From contig NC_043002.1 of the NCBI RefSeq assembly GCF_006345805.1, forward strand, positions 65,782,001-65,846,000: a DNA stretch of 64,000 bases, given 5' to 3'. The position numbers and the translations under genes are program-made. The stretch's first letter is position 1; each line of letters opens with the position of its first letter. The notes beneath the pieces are model-generated. The model saw only the letters and a list, made by a program, of their open reading frames with translations, searched no databases and was not told the DNA's origin. The stretch is from Octopus sinensis (Eukaryota). This document shows positions 1-11,994 of this stretch, piece after piece.

Positions 1-49
1 TTCAGAATAAATGAATTTTCAAAAACAATTTCAGAAAAAAAAATGAAAA

Positions 50-151
50 CTCAGCAGAGTTTATTGGCAAAAATGGAAAATAAGGAAAGCTCAGCAGAGT
101 TTATTGGCAAAAATGGAAAATAAGGAAAGCTCAGCAGAGTTTATTGACAAA
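50..151. repeat. 40-bp tandem repeat, ~2.5 copies
   Basis: CTCAGCAGAGTTTATTGGCAAAAATGGAAAATAAGGAAAG at 50-89 and 90-129, partial third copy. Confidence 0.9.
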
Positions 152-518
152 TAAGGCTTTGCAAGAAACATAAGAACTCTTCTACGTAGGCTCACTTGGT
201 TGTACGCAACACGTCCAGATGATACGATATAACTCGTGAAAGTTGTAAAGATAATTTATGAACAGTGTATTATTGTTCTGTAATGACTTTTTAGACAGGC
301 ATAAAGTCAAAAATTTAGTGGGGATGATTAATCAAAGAGTTTGACAGACATTCACATTATCGACACTGACTACATGAAAGGCAGAGTTATTCGTGGTATG
401 ATTGAACTCAGAATTTAAATAGACAAAATAAAATACCACAAGTTATTTTGTCTGCAGATCTACAGATTTACTGGTCCATTGATGTTAAAACAACCAAAAA
501 CTACCATCGAATTATATT

Positions 519-880
519 ATGTGGTTAAGAAGCTGGCTTTACAACCAAGTGGTTTCTGGTTCTGTTCTACGACGCAACACCTTGGGGGACGTGACTTCTG
601 CAACAGCACAGGACCGACCAAAAACTTGTGAGTGGATTTGGTTGACGGAAACTGTGTGGAAGCCAGTTATGTGTATGTTCGTGTGTGTATTTGTGTGTGT
701 GTGTATGTGTGTGTTTTGTGTGTGTATGCGTTATATGAGTGCGTATCTTTATGTTTGTTTTTGTCTCGCACCATAGCTTGACAAAGACAAACGCTGTGGA
801 TTCGTTTACGACCCTTATTTTAACTTAGCCGTTCAGCCAAAGAGTCCGATAGACTAAATACTAGACTTTAAAGAATAAGT
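519..880 (+). mobile_element. Degenerate SINE family B copy
   Basis: Diverged match to the 1325-1725 copy (gtggttaagaagct...cttgtgagtggatttggttgacggaaactg, internal GT microsatellite, ...gaataagtact). Confidence 0.7.
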
Positions 881-1109
881 ACTAGAGTAGGAGTAGGAGA
901 AAGAGTAGTGTAAGTGAAGGAAGAGGAGAGAAATAGTAATTCAGTGAAGGAAAAGTAGTGAGAGAGAGAGTGAAAGAGAGAGTGAAAGAAAGTAATAGCA
1001 ATGGAGAAAGGAAGGGGTGATAGATAAGGAAGAAGTGAAAACAAAATCAGCGTTTCAACTCTGTGAGAGTATATGTGTGTATAATTAAAATGGAAGTATG
1101 TAAATGTTT

Positions 1110-1215
<106 letters not shown>

Positions 1216-1324
1216 TGGTAATGGGATGGTGAACGTTCAACACGAAAAGGAAGATCAAACAACGTTTGGTCTTTAAGGAAAAGGTTCAAATCATTTTTTG
1301 TAAAGAGTTAAGTTAAGTTCAACA

Positions 1325-1725
1325 GGCAGTGGAGTGGCTGTGTGGTAAGTAGCTTGCTTAACAACCACATGGTTCCAGGTTCAGTCCCACTACGTGGCGC
1401 CTTGGGCAAGTATTTTCTACTATATACCAAAGCCTTGTGAGTGGATTTGGTAGACGGAAACTGAAAGAAGCCCGTCGTATATATGTATATATATATGTGT
1501 GTGTGTATATGTTTGTGTGTCTGTGTTTGTCACCCCAACATCGCTTGACAACCGATGCTTGTATGTTTACGTCCCCGTAAATTAGCGGTTCGGCAAAATG
1601 AACCGATAGAATAAGTACTAGGCTTACAAAGAATAAGTCGTCGTGGGGTCGATTTGCTCGACTAAAGGCGGTGCTCCAACATGGCCGCAGTCAAATGACT
1701 GAAACAAATAAAAGAGTAAAAGAGT
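1325..1725 (+). mobile_element. SINE family B (tRNA-like head, CORE-like ccttgggcaagt segment, internal microsatellite)
   Basis: A/B-box-like head gtggctgtgtggtaag...ggttcagtcccact; body recurs more than 10 times in the window; tail ...gactgaaacaaataaaagagtaaaagag. Confidence 0.85.
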
Positions 1726-2238
1726 GTACGTTTTTAAGACTTATAATAAATAATGTTGTGTATGAGGTGGTCGAAATTTTAGTCTGTCGACTGTAAATCT
1801 ATTTATAAGTGTTTTACTTTCTCATGTTTGAGGATATGTGTGTATGAGTGTGCGTGTACAAGGAAAATATGTAAATGTTTCACCTGTGATTATTATTACC
1901 TTATTTATATACAAAATACTACAATTAACTTTCATTTTTGACGGTACAGGGTCAGCTAGTATACACTTTTACTTGAAAATCCGCGAAGTAGAAACAGTAC
2001 AGTACTATTTTACTCTTTTACTTGTTTCAGTCATTTGACTGCGGCCATGCTGGAGCACCACCTTTAGTCAAGCAAATCGATCTCAAAATTTATTCTTTGT
2101 AAGCCTAGTACTTATTCTATCGGTCTCTTTTGCCGAACCGCTAAGTTACGGGGACGTAAACACACCAGCATCAGTTGTCAAGCGATGTTGGGGGCTACAA
2201 ACACAGACACACAAACATACACACACGCACACACACAT

Positions 2239-2293
<55 letters not shown>

Positions 2294-2315
2294 ATAATAT
2301 ATATATATAATATAT

Positions 2316-2756
2316 ATATTATATTATATTAAATTAGAGACAAAACCACTATTAGGCAAATCAAACAATGAAAGACTTAAGCCAATACATAAATTAATTT
2401 GTATTATTTAAATATGTAACAATTATTAAAAAAATATAATTAATATCCACTACGATTGTTTAAAACTCGCCAAGAAAAATTTTGAAACACCTGATGAATG
2501 ACTGCGACCTAAAAATTTGATGACAGCAGCCAGGAAACGATCGTTGTGGATATTAATTATATTTTTTTAATAATTGTTACATATTTAAATAATATAAATT
2601 AATTTATGTATTGGCTTAAGTCTTTCATTGTTTGATTTGCCTAATAGTGGTTTTGTCTCTAATTTAATATAATATAATATTTTACTATAAAATTGGATTC
2701 AATCCTAAATCTGATTTTTCCCTGTAAGTTTGGATTTATTCCCTAATATTTATTAT

Positions 2757-2757
<1 letters not shown>
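2316..2757 (+). mobile_element. Penelope-like pLTR-derived element with ~146-bp inverted arms, inserted in (TA)n
   Basis: Arms 2316-2461 and 2535-2680 are near-perfect reverse complements; the spacer holds a hammerhead core; (TA)n on both sides. Confidence 0.7.
2488..2548 (+). ncRNA. Minimal type I hammerhead ribozyme motif (PLE-type)
   Basis: cac-CTGATGA(2491-2497)-stem II tgactgc/gcagcca-g-GAAA(2534-2537)-palindromic ACGATCGT-t-gtg. Confidence 0.65.
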
Positions 2758-2802
<45 letters not shown>

Positions 2803-3760
2803 GACGCGCTTCTTTCAGTTTCCGTCTGCCAAATCCACTCACAAGGCTTTGGTCGGCCCGAGGCTATAGTAGAAGACACTTGCCCAAGGTGACACGCAGT
2901 GAGACTGAACCCGGAACGATGTGGTTCATAAGCAAGCTACTTACCACACAGCCACTCCTACGCCTAAAAGTGCTAGTGCTGGTTTGTTCTATTAAAAACT
3001 CTTGAAGCTGGTGCTCCAGCATGACCGCACTCCCCAAAATTTATTGTGTTGTGTATATTTGTCATTGCACGCACAGAAGATTCATAGCTGGAACTACGCC
3101 AGCCGGAACTTTATTTTAACACGGTGTTAGAAATCTTGAGGATGAAGCTGATTAGCTAAGCTAATCCCTAAGCTAAGGTAATTTATAGGGCTGGTATTTG
3201 TATCCTGAATCCATTGCGCTAAGGTGGTGAGAAAAGAGATTAACTTTTCTCTTGACTAAGATATTGGATTAGGAAGGGGTTGTTACGACCGGAAATACAG
3301 GACGCGGCAAAAGATCAGATCAGAATAACTTCTGAGAGAACGCGGAAAATGTTAAGGGTTTACAGCAAAAATACAAACGAAATCTCTTTCGTAAATTAAA
3401 CCCTTGAACAGTTAAATAAATAAATGAAATGAATGAATAAATAAATAAACATAAATAATACGGAAAGCATGAATGAATAAATGAATGAGTGAATGAATGA
3501 ATGAATGAGTGAAAGAGTGAATGAGTGAATGAATGAATAAAAGATAAAAGGAAGAACAGAACGAAAGAAAGCAAAGATAGGCAGAAAGGAGGAAGGAAGG
3601 AATGAGTGAGTAAATGAGCAAATGAATGAATAGATGAAAGATAAAACGAAGAACGGAACGAAAGAAAGCAAAGATAGGCAGAAAGGAAGGAAAATAGAAG
3701 GAAAGAATGAATAAATGAAAGAATAGACGAATGAGTGAATGAAGGGACGTGAAGGAGGAA

Positions 3761-3833
<73 letters not shown>

Positions 3834-4699
3834 AGGAAAGAAGGAAAAATCACTTTTGGTATTGTTGTACTGGAGGCATTATGCCTGAAGGAAGAATGGT
3901 ATGTTGAGCACTGCGACAACTTCAACATCGGCATTTTTGTATTTTTTTCTTGCTTGTTCGTTTGTTTTTGTCTATTGTGTTCTTGATGATAATAGCTGAC
4001 CAACACCTAAAACAACAATAAATTCTCTCCCTCTTTACGACACATATTTATCCCACGGCTAATTCGATAGAACCGTTGAGTGTATTAGTGAAGGCGAAGG
4101 ACTAACCGTCGACCTCTTGACTGGTTATATAGTGGCGAGTTTCTCGATTTCTTGATTCGCTGAGCCATCGATCTTATAGGCCACCATTAATCAGATCGAG
4201 GGCGGCGTGTTGACAGAATCATCAGCGCGACGGACAAGATGCTTAGTGCTATTTCTTCTGAGTCCAAATATCGCCTAGGTCGACTTTGCCTTACATCCTT
4301 TCAAGGTCAATAAAATAAGTACCATGTGAGCACTGGTATAGTCAACTAGGCTCCGCCTCAAAAATTTCAGGTCTTGTGCATATAATAAAATTATTGTTGT
4401 TTTTGTTGTTGTTGTTAAGGCGGAGAGCTGGCAGATTGGCTTGCACGCCGGGCGAAATGCTCGGCGTTATTTCGTCTGCCGCTACGCTCTGAGTTCAAAT
4501 TCCGCCAGGGTCGACTTTGACTTCCATCCTTTCGGGGTCGATGAAATAAGTTCCAGTTATGCACCGGGGTCGGTATAATCGAAGAAGAAGAAGAAGAAGA
4601 AGGAGGAGGAGGGGGAGGAGGAGGAGGAGGAGGAGGAGGAGGAGGAGGAGGAGGAGGAGAAGAAGGAGAAGAAGAAGAAGAAGAAGAAGAAGAAGAAGA

Positions 4700-4870
4700 T
4701 CTAAAAGTACCTTAGGAATGAGAACCAGGTTCGAAATTTCCCCCAAGACACCTGATGAAGGCTGGAGGGTATATCAGCCGAAACTTTGTGTTAACAACGA
4801 ACAAAATGAGGACAAATATCCGTCAAATGTAAATAATGTACATAATTCCTCATTTCTTAAATATAGAACT
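4700..4870 (+). mobile_element. ~170-bp hammerhead-containing PLE-like element between (AGA)n and (TTA)n tracts
   Basis: Clearly homologous to the reverse complement of 39095-39247; contains gacac-CTGATGA-a-ggctg..cagcc-GAAAC-ttt-gtgtt. Confidence 0.7.
4747..4792 (+). ncRNA. Minimal hammerhead ribozyme motif (stem III palindrome mutated)
   Basis: Stem I gacac/gtgtt, core CTGATGA 4752-4758, perfect stem II ggctg/cagcc, GAAA 4780-4783; reads GAAACTT where the sister copy has GAAACGTT. Confidence 0.65.
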
Positions 4871-4913
4871 CTTATGATTATTATTATTATTATTATTATT
4901 GTTGTTGTTGTTG

Positions 4914-4953
<40 letters not shown>

Positions 4954-4959
4954 CATCAT

Positions 4960-4992
<33 letters not shown>

Positions 4993-5252
4993 CACTACTA
5001 CTACTACTATTACTACTACTATAAAGGCAGCGAGCATGCGTAGTATTTAGAGCGCCTGGCAAAATGTTCGGCGGCATTTCTCCTGGCACATCACGGCTCT
5101 CGTTCAAAACTACGCCGAGGTTAACTTTGCCTTTCGTCCCCTCGGGATCGATAAAAAAAAAAAGATTACCAGTGTAGTACTGAGGTGAATATTACCAACT
5201 TCCTTCTCCCCATAAAACTGCCCGACCATGTGCCAAAATTTAAAAGAATTAA

Positions 5253-5742
5253 TCTATATATATAAAACTGTAGTTGTGTGAGTGTCTGTCTCCTACGATT
5301 TAGATTCCTAACTCCTCCCACATTTTGCGGTGCAGTTTAACCAAATTCGGGTATCTTATAGTCGTGATTAATATCGAGCCCGTCTGGCTATTAGCGCGCG
5401 TCTACGATGAGTCTACGATTTTAAAAATAATTTAACATCATTTTTTATTCCATTTTAATGCATAATTTTTCGTGTGTCAATGGCGGCGGAATTGGCGTCC
5501 ACGCTCAAACACCTGCACCTGTGTTTGCTTCTCCCCCTTCTTCCCTCCCTCGTGAAGCTGTGGGGAAGGGAGTTTAAGGAAATCAACGTCGTAATGCGTT
5601 GTCAAGGAGACCAGCTTGAAGACACCAAAACAGAAATGGCTAAGAAAGCCCGAATTGGCATCTATAAAGGAAGTAACTCTCTAAAAATGCTTATATAGTT
5701 ATTTCCCTTACAAACCCGAGCAACGCCGGGCGATACTGCTAG
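5253..5742 (+). mobile_element. Non-autonomous Helitron
   Basis: 5' TC(TATATATATAAAA), 3' hairpin CCCGAGCAACGCCGGG then CTAG, inserted between A and T with no TSD; second copy at 10598-10962. Confidence 0.85.
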
Positions 5743-6670
5743 TCAAACATGAAATTTATTAAAAAAAAAAAAATAAATAAACATTAAAAGAAAATGTGCT
5801 GCAGAACGAACATGGCGATCTGTGAAGTGTTAAAAATTGAGCCGCTGAACCTTGGAACAATAACGATTAAAGCGCAAAATCTTTCGTGCAGTTTACTGGC
5901 GGGGTGGGGTGGGGGAACGGTGCTGACGATTTGTGGACAATTTTTGTGATTCTAAGCATTGAGCTTATACGGCTATTAATCGAATTAAGCGGATTAATGG
6001 TTAAAGTGTGCGAAACATTATCAAGCAGACACGATAATTAGTAAAAGATCTTTGAAGCCATACATGAAAATTAATGCGTTACTTTTATCCGCTATTCTAT
6101 AACTCATCTTTATCTCTTCGCTGTCATTTATGGTCATTTAATCCTGTTCTCTGTCTTTCTCTGACTCTCTTAATATCATAAGCTTCTTTCTCTTGCTTAT
6201 CTTTCTCATATTCTATTTTCTTTCATTGCGTCTCTCTGCGTTTCACTCTTTCTGTCTGTGTCTTTGTCTCTCTCTCTTTCTCTTTCTCTCTCTCTCGCTC
6301 GCTCTCTCTGTTTTTGTCTCTCTTTCTCTGTAATCTTATACGCTCGGAGTCGATTATGTTAACTAATTATTTATTCATCTACCTATATCTCTCTCTTTCT
6401 GTCTTTCTTTCTCTCCCTCTCTTTTAAACTTTCCACTTATCTACCTATCTTTCTTCCACTGTTTCCCTCTCTCTTTCTCCCTTCCTCTTTCTCTCCCTCT
6501 CTCTCATTCCTCAAGTTCTTCTCTCTTTAACTCAATCATTTCATGCACTTGTGGTTATTTTAGACTTCCAAGCTGCTCTTCTGATATGTTACCTCATACA
6601 GAAATGCATTATTCACATTAAGTGAGGAGCAGTTGATATCCATTTTAATCTAACACACATTCCAACACTT

Positions 6671-6717
<47 letters not shown>

Positions 6718-6879
6718 CACAAATACATTTTCTTGTACACTGTGATCAAATCTCAGAGATAAAAGGCAAGATTTTTATACCGAAATCCTGTTATAGGATC
6801 TGAGCCTGGGCTGTTTTGCGTCACACTATCTGTTGGACGGTTTCCAGTACCGTACCATAGGTTTCATATTACTGTGGTT

Positions 6880-7715
6880 CTTTTACTCTTTCTTTAATCT
6901 TTGTTTCAGTAATTTATTTCAGAGTACCGGCTTAGCGGTGTTCTAGTGTGTCCACAGTCTTATTGTTAGTCGGACAAATTGACCTCAGGCCGTATTTTAA
7001 GGACAATACTTTGTCTACCCTTTCTATTTTCTTTCACAAACTGCTAAATCACGGAGACATAAGCAAATTAACATAGATCGTATAGCGGTGTGGGATAGAA
7101 GCATAAACACTAATATACACACACATATGCATGTATGCACACACACACACACACGCACGCACACGTACACATACAATCACACAAACACACAAACACATAC
7201 AAACACACAAACACACACACACTCACACACCACACACAAATACACACACACAAATGTACAAACACACCAACACACACACAAACACGAACAAACACACAGA
7301 CAAACACAAACAAAAGCTCACACACACAAACAAATGCACACACACGTACACATACAAACACATACTCACACAAACATACATAACACTCACACACACATAC
7401 ACAAATGTACAAACACACCATCACACACAAATACACAAACACACATGCACACACACACTCACATACACACACACAAACACGAACAAACACACAGACAAAC
7501 ACAAACAAATACACATACACTCGCACACAGACATACACACACAGATACATATACGATGAGCTTCCTCAGAGTTTCTGTCCGCGAAATTCACTCCAAAAGT
7601 ATTGATCGGTCCGGAGTTTAGTAGAAATACACTTCCCACACGGTGTCTCGGAATGGAACTGAGCCCCAAACTCCGTGGTTGCAAAATTAGCTTCTTCCCC
7701 GCACAGCCATGTATG
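6880..7715 (-). mobile_element. Diverged SINE family B with ~450-bp expanded internal CA-rich microsatellite
   Basis: 3' half at 6880-7110, head at 7550-7715, CA-rich tract between them. Confidence 0.7.
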
Positions 7716-7985
7716 AACCTACGTCCAACAAAATGGTGGTCGCTCCGTTTTAACTTCATTCAGTTTATTTAAATCCATCCTTTTTCCCTCATTTTGAAGT
7801 TCAGTAATTTCCAACCTATTCCTCTGATAAGGCACATATTAAAGAAGTGTGTTGTGCTGTTTACTTTAAAACTTTTACATATAGACTTATGGGTGTTCGT
7901 TATTTTGCATATGTATATATATATATATGTATGTATGTGTTTGTGTGTGCGTGTGTATATATATATAATATATATATATATATAC

Positions 7986-8132
7986 GAGTGGCTGTGTGGT
8001 AAGTAGCTTGCTTACAAACCACATGGTTCCGAGTTCAGTCCCACTGCGTGGCACCTTGGGCATTATAGCCTCGGGCCGACCAAAGCTTTCTGAGTGAATT
8101 TGGTCGATAGAAACTGAAAGAAGCCCGTCGTA

Positions 8133-8221
<89 letters not shown>

Positions 8222-8430
8222 TGTGTGTCTGTGTTTGTCCCCCTCCACCACGCAGCATCGCTTGACAACCGATGCTGGTGTGTTTACGTACCGGTTCGGC
8301 AAAAAGAGACCGATCGAATAAGTACTAGGCTTACAAAGAATAAGTGTTAGGGTCGATTTGCTCGACTAAAAGCGGTGCTCCAGCATGGCCGCAGTCAGAT
8401 GACTGAAACAAGTAAAAGAATAAAAGAGTA
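7986..8430 (+). mobile_element. SINE family B
   Basis: Head, internal (TA)n and tail match the 1325-1725 copy. Confidence 0.85.
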
Positions 8431-9164
8431 ATAACGACAAAAATGGCTGCGAAAGTATTAACAACAACGTCCAATGTCCTTTCTATCGTAAATTTCTCTT
8501 CAGACAATATTCTTACTGTCGTAAAATTTTTATTATGTTTCCTTCAATTTCTTTTCTTTTCTTTATTTTACCGAATACATTAAAACAAAGAAATGTATGT
8601 AAATTGTCTGACTATATGGAATAAAGGATTGTTATATAAACAATAAACTAAATTAAAATTGGTTTATTTATTTCTTTAAAATTATTTATTTATCTTACAC
8701 ACAAACAAAATATAACTCAAATCAGGTGTAAACGAAAAAGAATTCAGATTACGATCAATGCTTTCAAGAAATGAAAATTTGGTCTTAGATTTGCGAGTGT
8801 CTGACACATTTCTAATGCGCTTATCGATATCGCTTCATTCATTTTTGTCATTTTGCTTTGGGTTATTTTTCTTTTCTTTGCCAAAATGTGTGCAGTTTAA
8901 TTACGATCAATACGTCTATTCTTCGAAGTGAAATTAAATTGTTTTTCATATTGAAGGTAGTTGATACACATTGCTATCTCTGCAGAAACGTAAAAAAATA
9001 AATAAACGTAAATAAACTAGCACCGGTTGTCAAGAGATGAATATCAGCACGAAAATACTCAGAAACACACACACACACACACACCTACATACACATGTAT
9101 AAGTACTACACACATACATACTTACATACATATATACATATATATACATACGTTCATACATATA

Positions 9165-9303
9165 TAATATTAGGGCCCTGGGATATGTAACGCTGCCTAA
9201 ATACCACTCTTGAGGAATTAGTCTTCTCAAAATCTGAACGGAGAAAGACTACAAATCCAGTCCATCACTGGAACTGTGGAAATTTGTAAAACGTCCCAGA
9301 AGT
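9165..9303 (+). mobile_element. Fragment of RLE-type non-LTR retrotransposon C-terminus
   Basis: Homologous to 14470-14620; preceded by a (CATA)-rich tract. Confidence 0.6.
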
Positions 9304-9614
9304 ACTTATTCTATCGGCCTCATTTACCGAACCGCTAAGTTACGGGGACGTAAACACACCAGCATCGGTTGTGAATTAAACACTGATTTGTCAAAACCCT
9401 TTAATTTCGTCTGCATCACTATTGATTAGTCACCTTTATCTGCTCCTCTGATACAAGCTAAGTTTATTTGCGGGTTTTTCTTAAACACTGAAATTTCTTA
9501 GATCGTTATTTAGAGGTTCATATCACTGATAATTCAAATGATTTCTACGAGTAATCAACAACATCTTACTCAGAGTAAAAGTTTCAGAACTTTTCGCTTC
9601 GAATTATATAAATA

Positions 9615-11600
9615 CTAGCTGAAGGTGACCCGCTCTACGCGCGGGTAAGAGTGTGGTTGTTACTTTCTGTTGCTTCCTTTCAGTAAGAGTGTGGTTGTTA
9701 CTTTCTGTTGCTTCCATTTATAAACAACAGAAGATCTTGAGTAAGTTGAGAAATAAAATATTTAGAAAGATCAATCATAAATATCAGGCAGTGGCAACGG
9801 AAAGGTCTGCTTCAAGGCAGACAGCAAAACGCTAACATTTAAAAGGGACAGACGAACTTGCGAGCTGAATAAAATAATAAAATATTGGAAACCAAAGTTT
9901 GAAGGGATAGAATCTGAGGATAGTAGAGTCACCATGGCTGGCATTTCTTAACGACGGACAGCAACGTATTGACAGTTTAACGGCTGGCGTAAAATTTTGA
10001 ACTTGATGTAAAAGAAAATTCGTAAACACCAAGTTTTGAAGTGATTCTTTCTCACGACAGTAGACTCACCATGGTAAGCATTCAAAATTTCTTTATCATG
10101 GACGGCAACACATTGACGATTAAAAGGCTGGTGCAAAATTTTTAGCTTGATGTAACAGAGAATTCCTAAACACCCGCTCCTTGAAATTTTAATCCCCTTC
10201 CAGCCCCATTTAGACCCCTTTTCACATTTTGGTTAATATAACCCGAATTCATTCGGGTCTACTGGGGCCACATTTTATAAGATGAGGAATTTTGTCCTAG
10301 AGGTGACGCCTTTCATTTGAGGAAAAATATAGTTGTCATGCAAACTTGCCAGCACTTTTAACATAGGTGTGCATATTTTCAGCTGAATCGACCGACTACG
10401 TAATGCACACATTATATATATATATATTTATGTATATATATGTGTGTGTGTGTGTGTGCACGCATTATATATACAAATGTATACAAATGAGATATATATC
10501 TGTATAAATTAAATTAGAGATAAAACCACTAATAGGCAAATCAAACAGTGAAAAACCAAAAACAAAAACATTAAAAAAATATAATATAGAAAATATATCT
10601 TTATATATAAAAGTAAGGTTGTGTGTCTGTCTCCTACGATTTAGATTCCTAACTACTCCCACATTTTGCGGTGCAGTTTAATCAAAACCGGGTATCTTAT
10701 AGTCGTGATTCATATCGAGCCCTTCTGGGTATTAGCGCGCGTCTACGATGAGTCTACGATTTTAAAAATAATTTACCATCATTTTTTCCATTTTAATGCA
10801 TTTTTTCGCTATTATATAAGGGAAGTAACTCTCTAAAAATGTCTACGATGAGTCAACGATTTTAAAATGCATTTTTTTGCTATTTTTTGGCTATAACTCT
10901 CTAAAAATGCTTATATAGTTATTTCCCTTACAAACCCGAGCGACACCGGGCGATACTGCTAGTAAAATATAAAATTGAAAAATTTAAATTATTTAAATTG
11001 AAAATAAAAATTATTAAATTATATTTATAATTTGTTTAAAAATATATATAACTATAAAAAAGTATGAAAAAGTTTAATATACATAAATACAGATATATAC
11101 ACTTTGTATATATACATTATATATACATATTTATTTATAGAACACACACACACACACACACACACATACATTATATATACATATTTATATATAGAACACA
11201 CACACATAAATGAACGCAAGAATATCTGATTCATAATATTTGTTCTCATGCTCGTGTGTTGTTGGTGACAGACAGATACATAAAAGAACGCCGAAGTGAT
11301 GGGAAGGTAGGAAACAGAGTCAGTGAAAAATAGAGGAAATGGCGAGAGTGACAGATACATTAAATAAGGGGAGTGGAACTGTCAAAGTTATAACTGAAGG
11401 GAAGTGAGAGGGTAATGGAGGAAATAGCGTGAGTGAGGAAGATGGCCCCTAGCAACCACACCTTTTAAGATAGGGATTTCTAAGGTAGCCCACGGGCATC
11501 GTCACCTCATTCTACATGTCCCTGTAAAATATGGACGGGATGTAGTGGCATTGAAAGCGATCCAAGCGATAAAAACGCATTTCAGTTTTATATAGAGAGA
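9615..11600 (-). mobile_element. Probable non-autonomous Helitron (second family) with nested insertions
   Basis: Minus-strand 3' end ACCCGCGCGTAGAGCGGGT-9nt-CTAG|T at 9615-9646; minus-strand 5' end A|TCTCTCTATATAAAACTG at 11600; pairing of the two ends is inferred. Confidence 0.55.
10598..10962 (+). mobile_element. Non-autonomous Helitron (same family as 5253-5742)
   Basis: A|TC...CCCGAGCGACACCGGG...CTAG|T; body similar to the 5253 copy. Confidence 0.85.
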
Positions 11601-11994
11601 TGAGTGCAAATAGAGACAAAGAAAGAAGAGAGATTTGTGAAGTGAAAATGAAAATGCAATGAAAATGGAAGAGCGAAAGATTTACAAAGACAATCTATAA
11701 TAATAATAATTGGATCAAATTTAAGGCAAGGCTTGCTATTTTGAGGAAAGGGTCATTATTTGAAACCATCGATCCATGTACTTGACTGGTACTTTATTTT
11801 TTGGACACGGATAACTGAGAAGCAAGGTATACCTCAGCATGATTTGAATTGAGAACATAAAGAGCCGAAAAGAATGCCGCATAGTGTTGATTCTATACAA
11901 ACATACTTGCATATATACATGCATACATGCAAACATGCATGCATTCATACATAGATACAGACAGACAGACAGACAGAAACACAGACAGACAACT

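Larger units (their letters stand above)
2008..2963 (-). mobile_element. SINE family B interrupted in its internal (TA)n by a palindromic element
   Basis: Reverse-complement 3' half at 2008-2240 and 5' half at 2800-2963 flank the TA runs and the 2316-2757 insert. Confidence 0.85.

Noticed and set aside
3850-3905. Possible upstream exon ending at aatg|gtatgt
   Set aside because: No acceptor or pyrimidine tract upstream, only purine microsatellite
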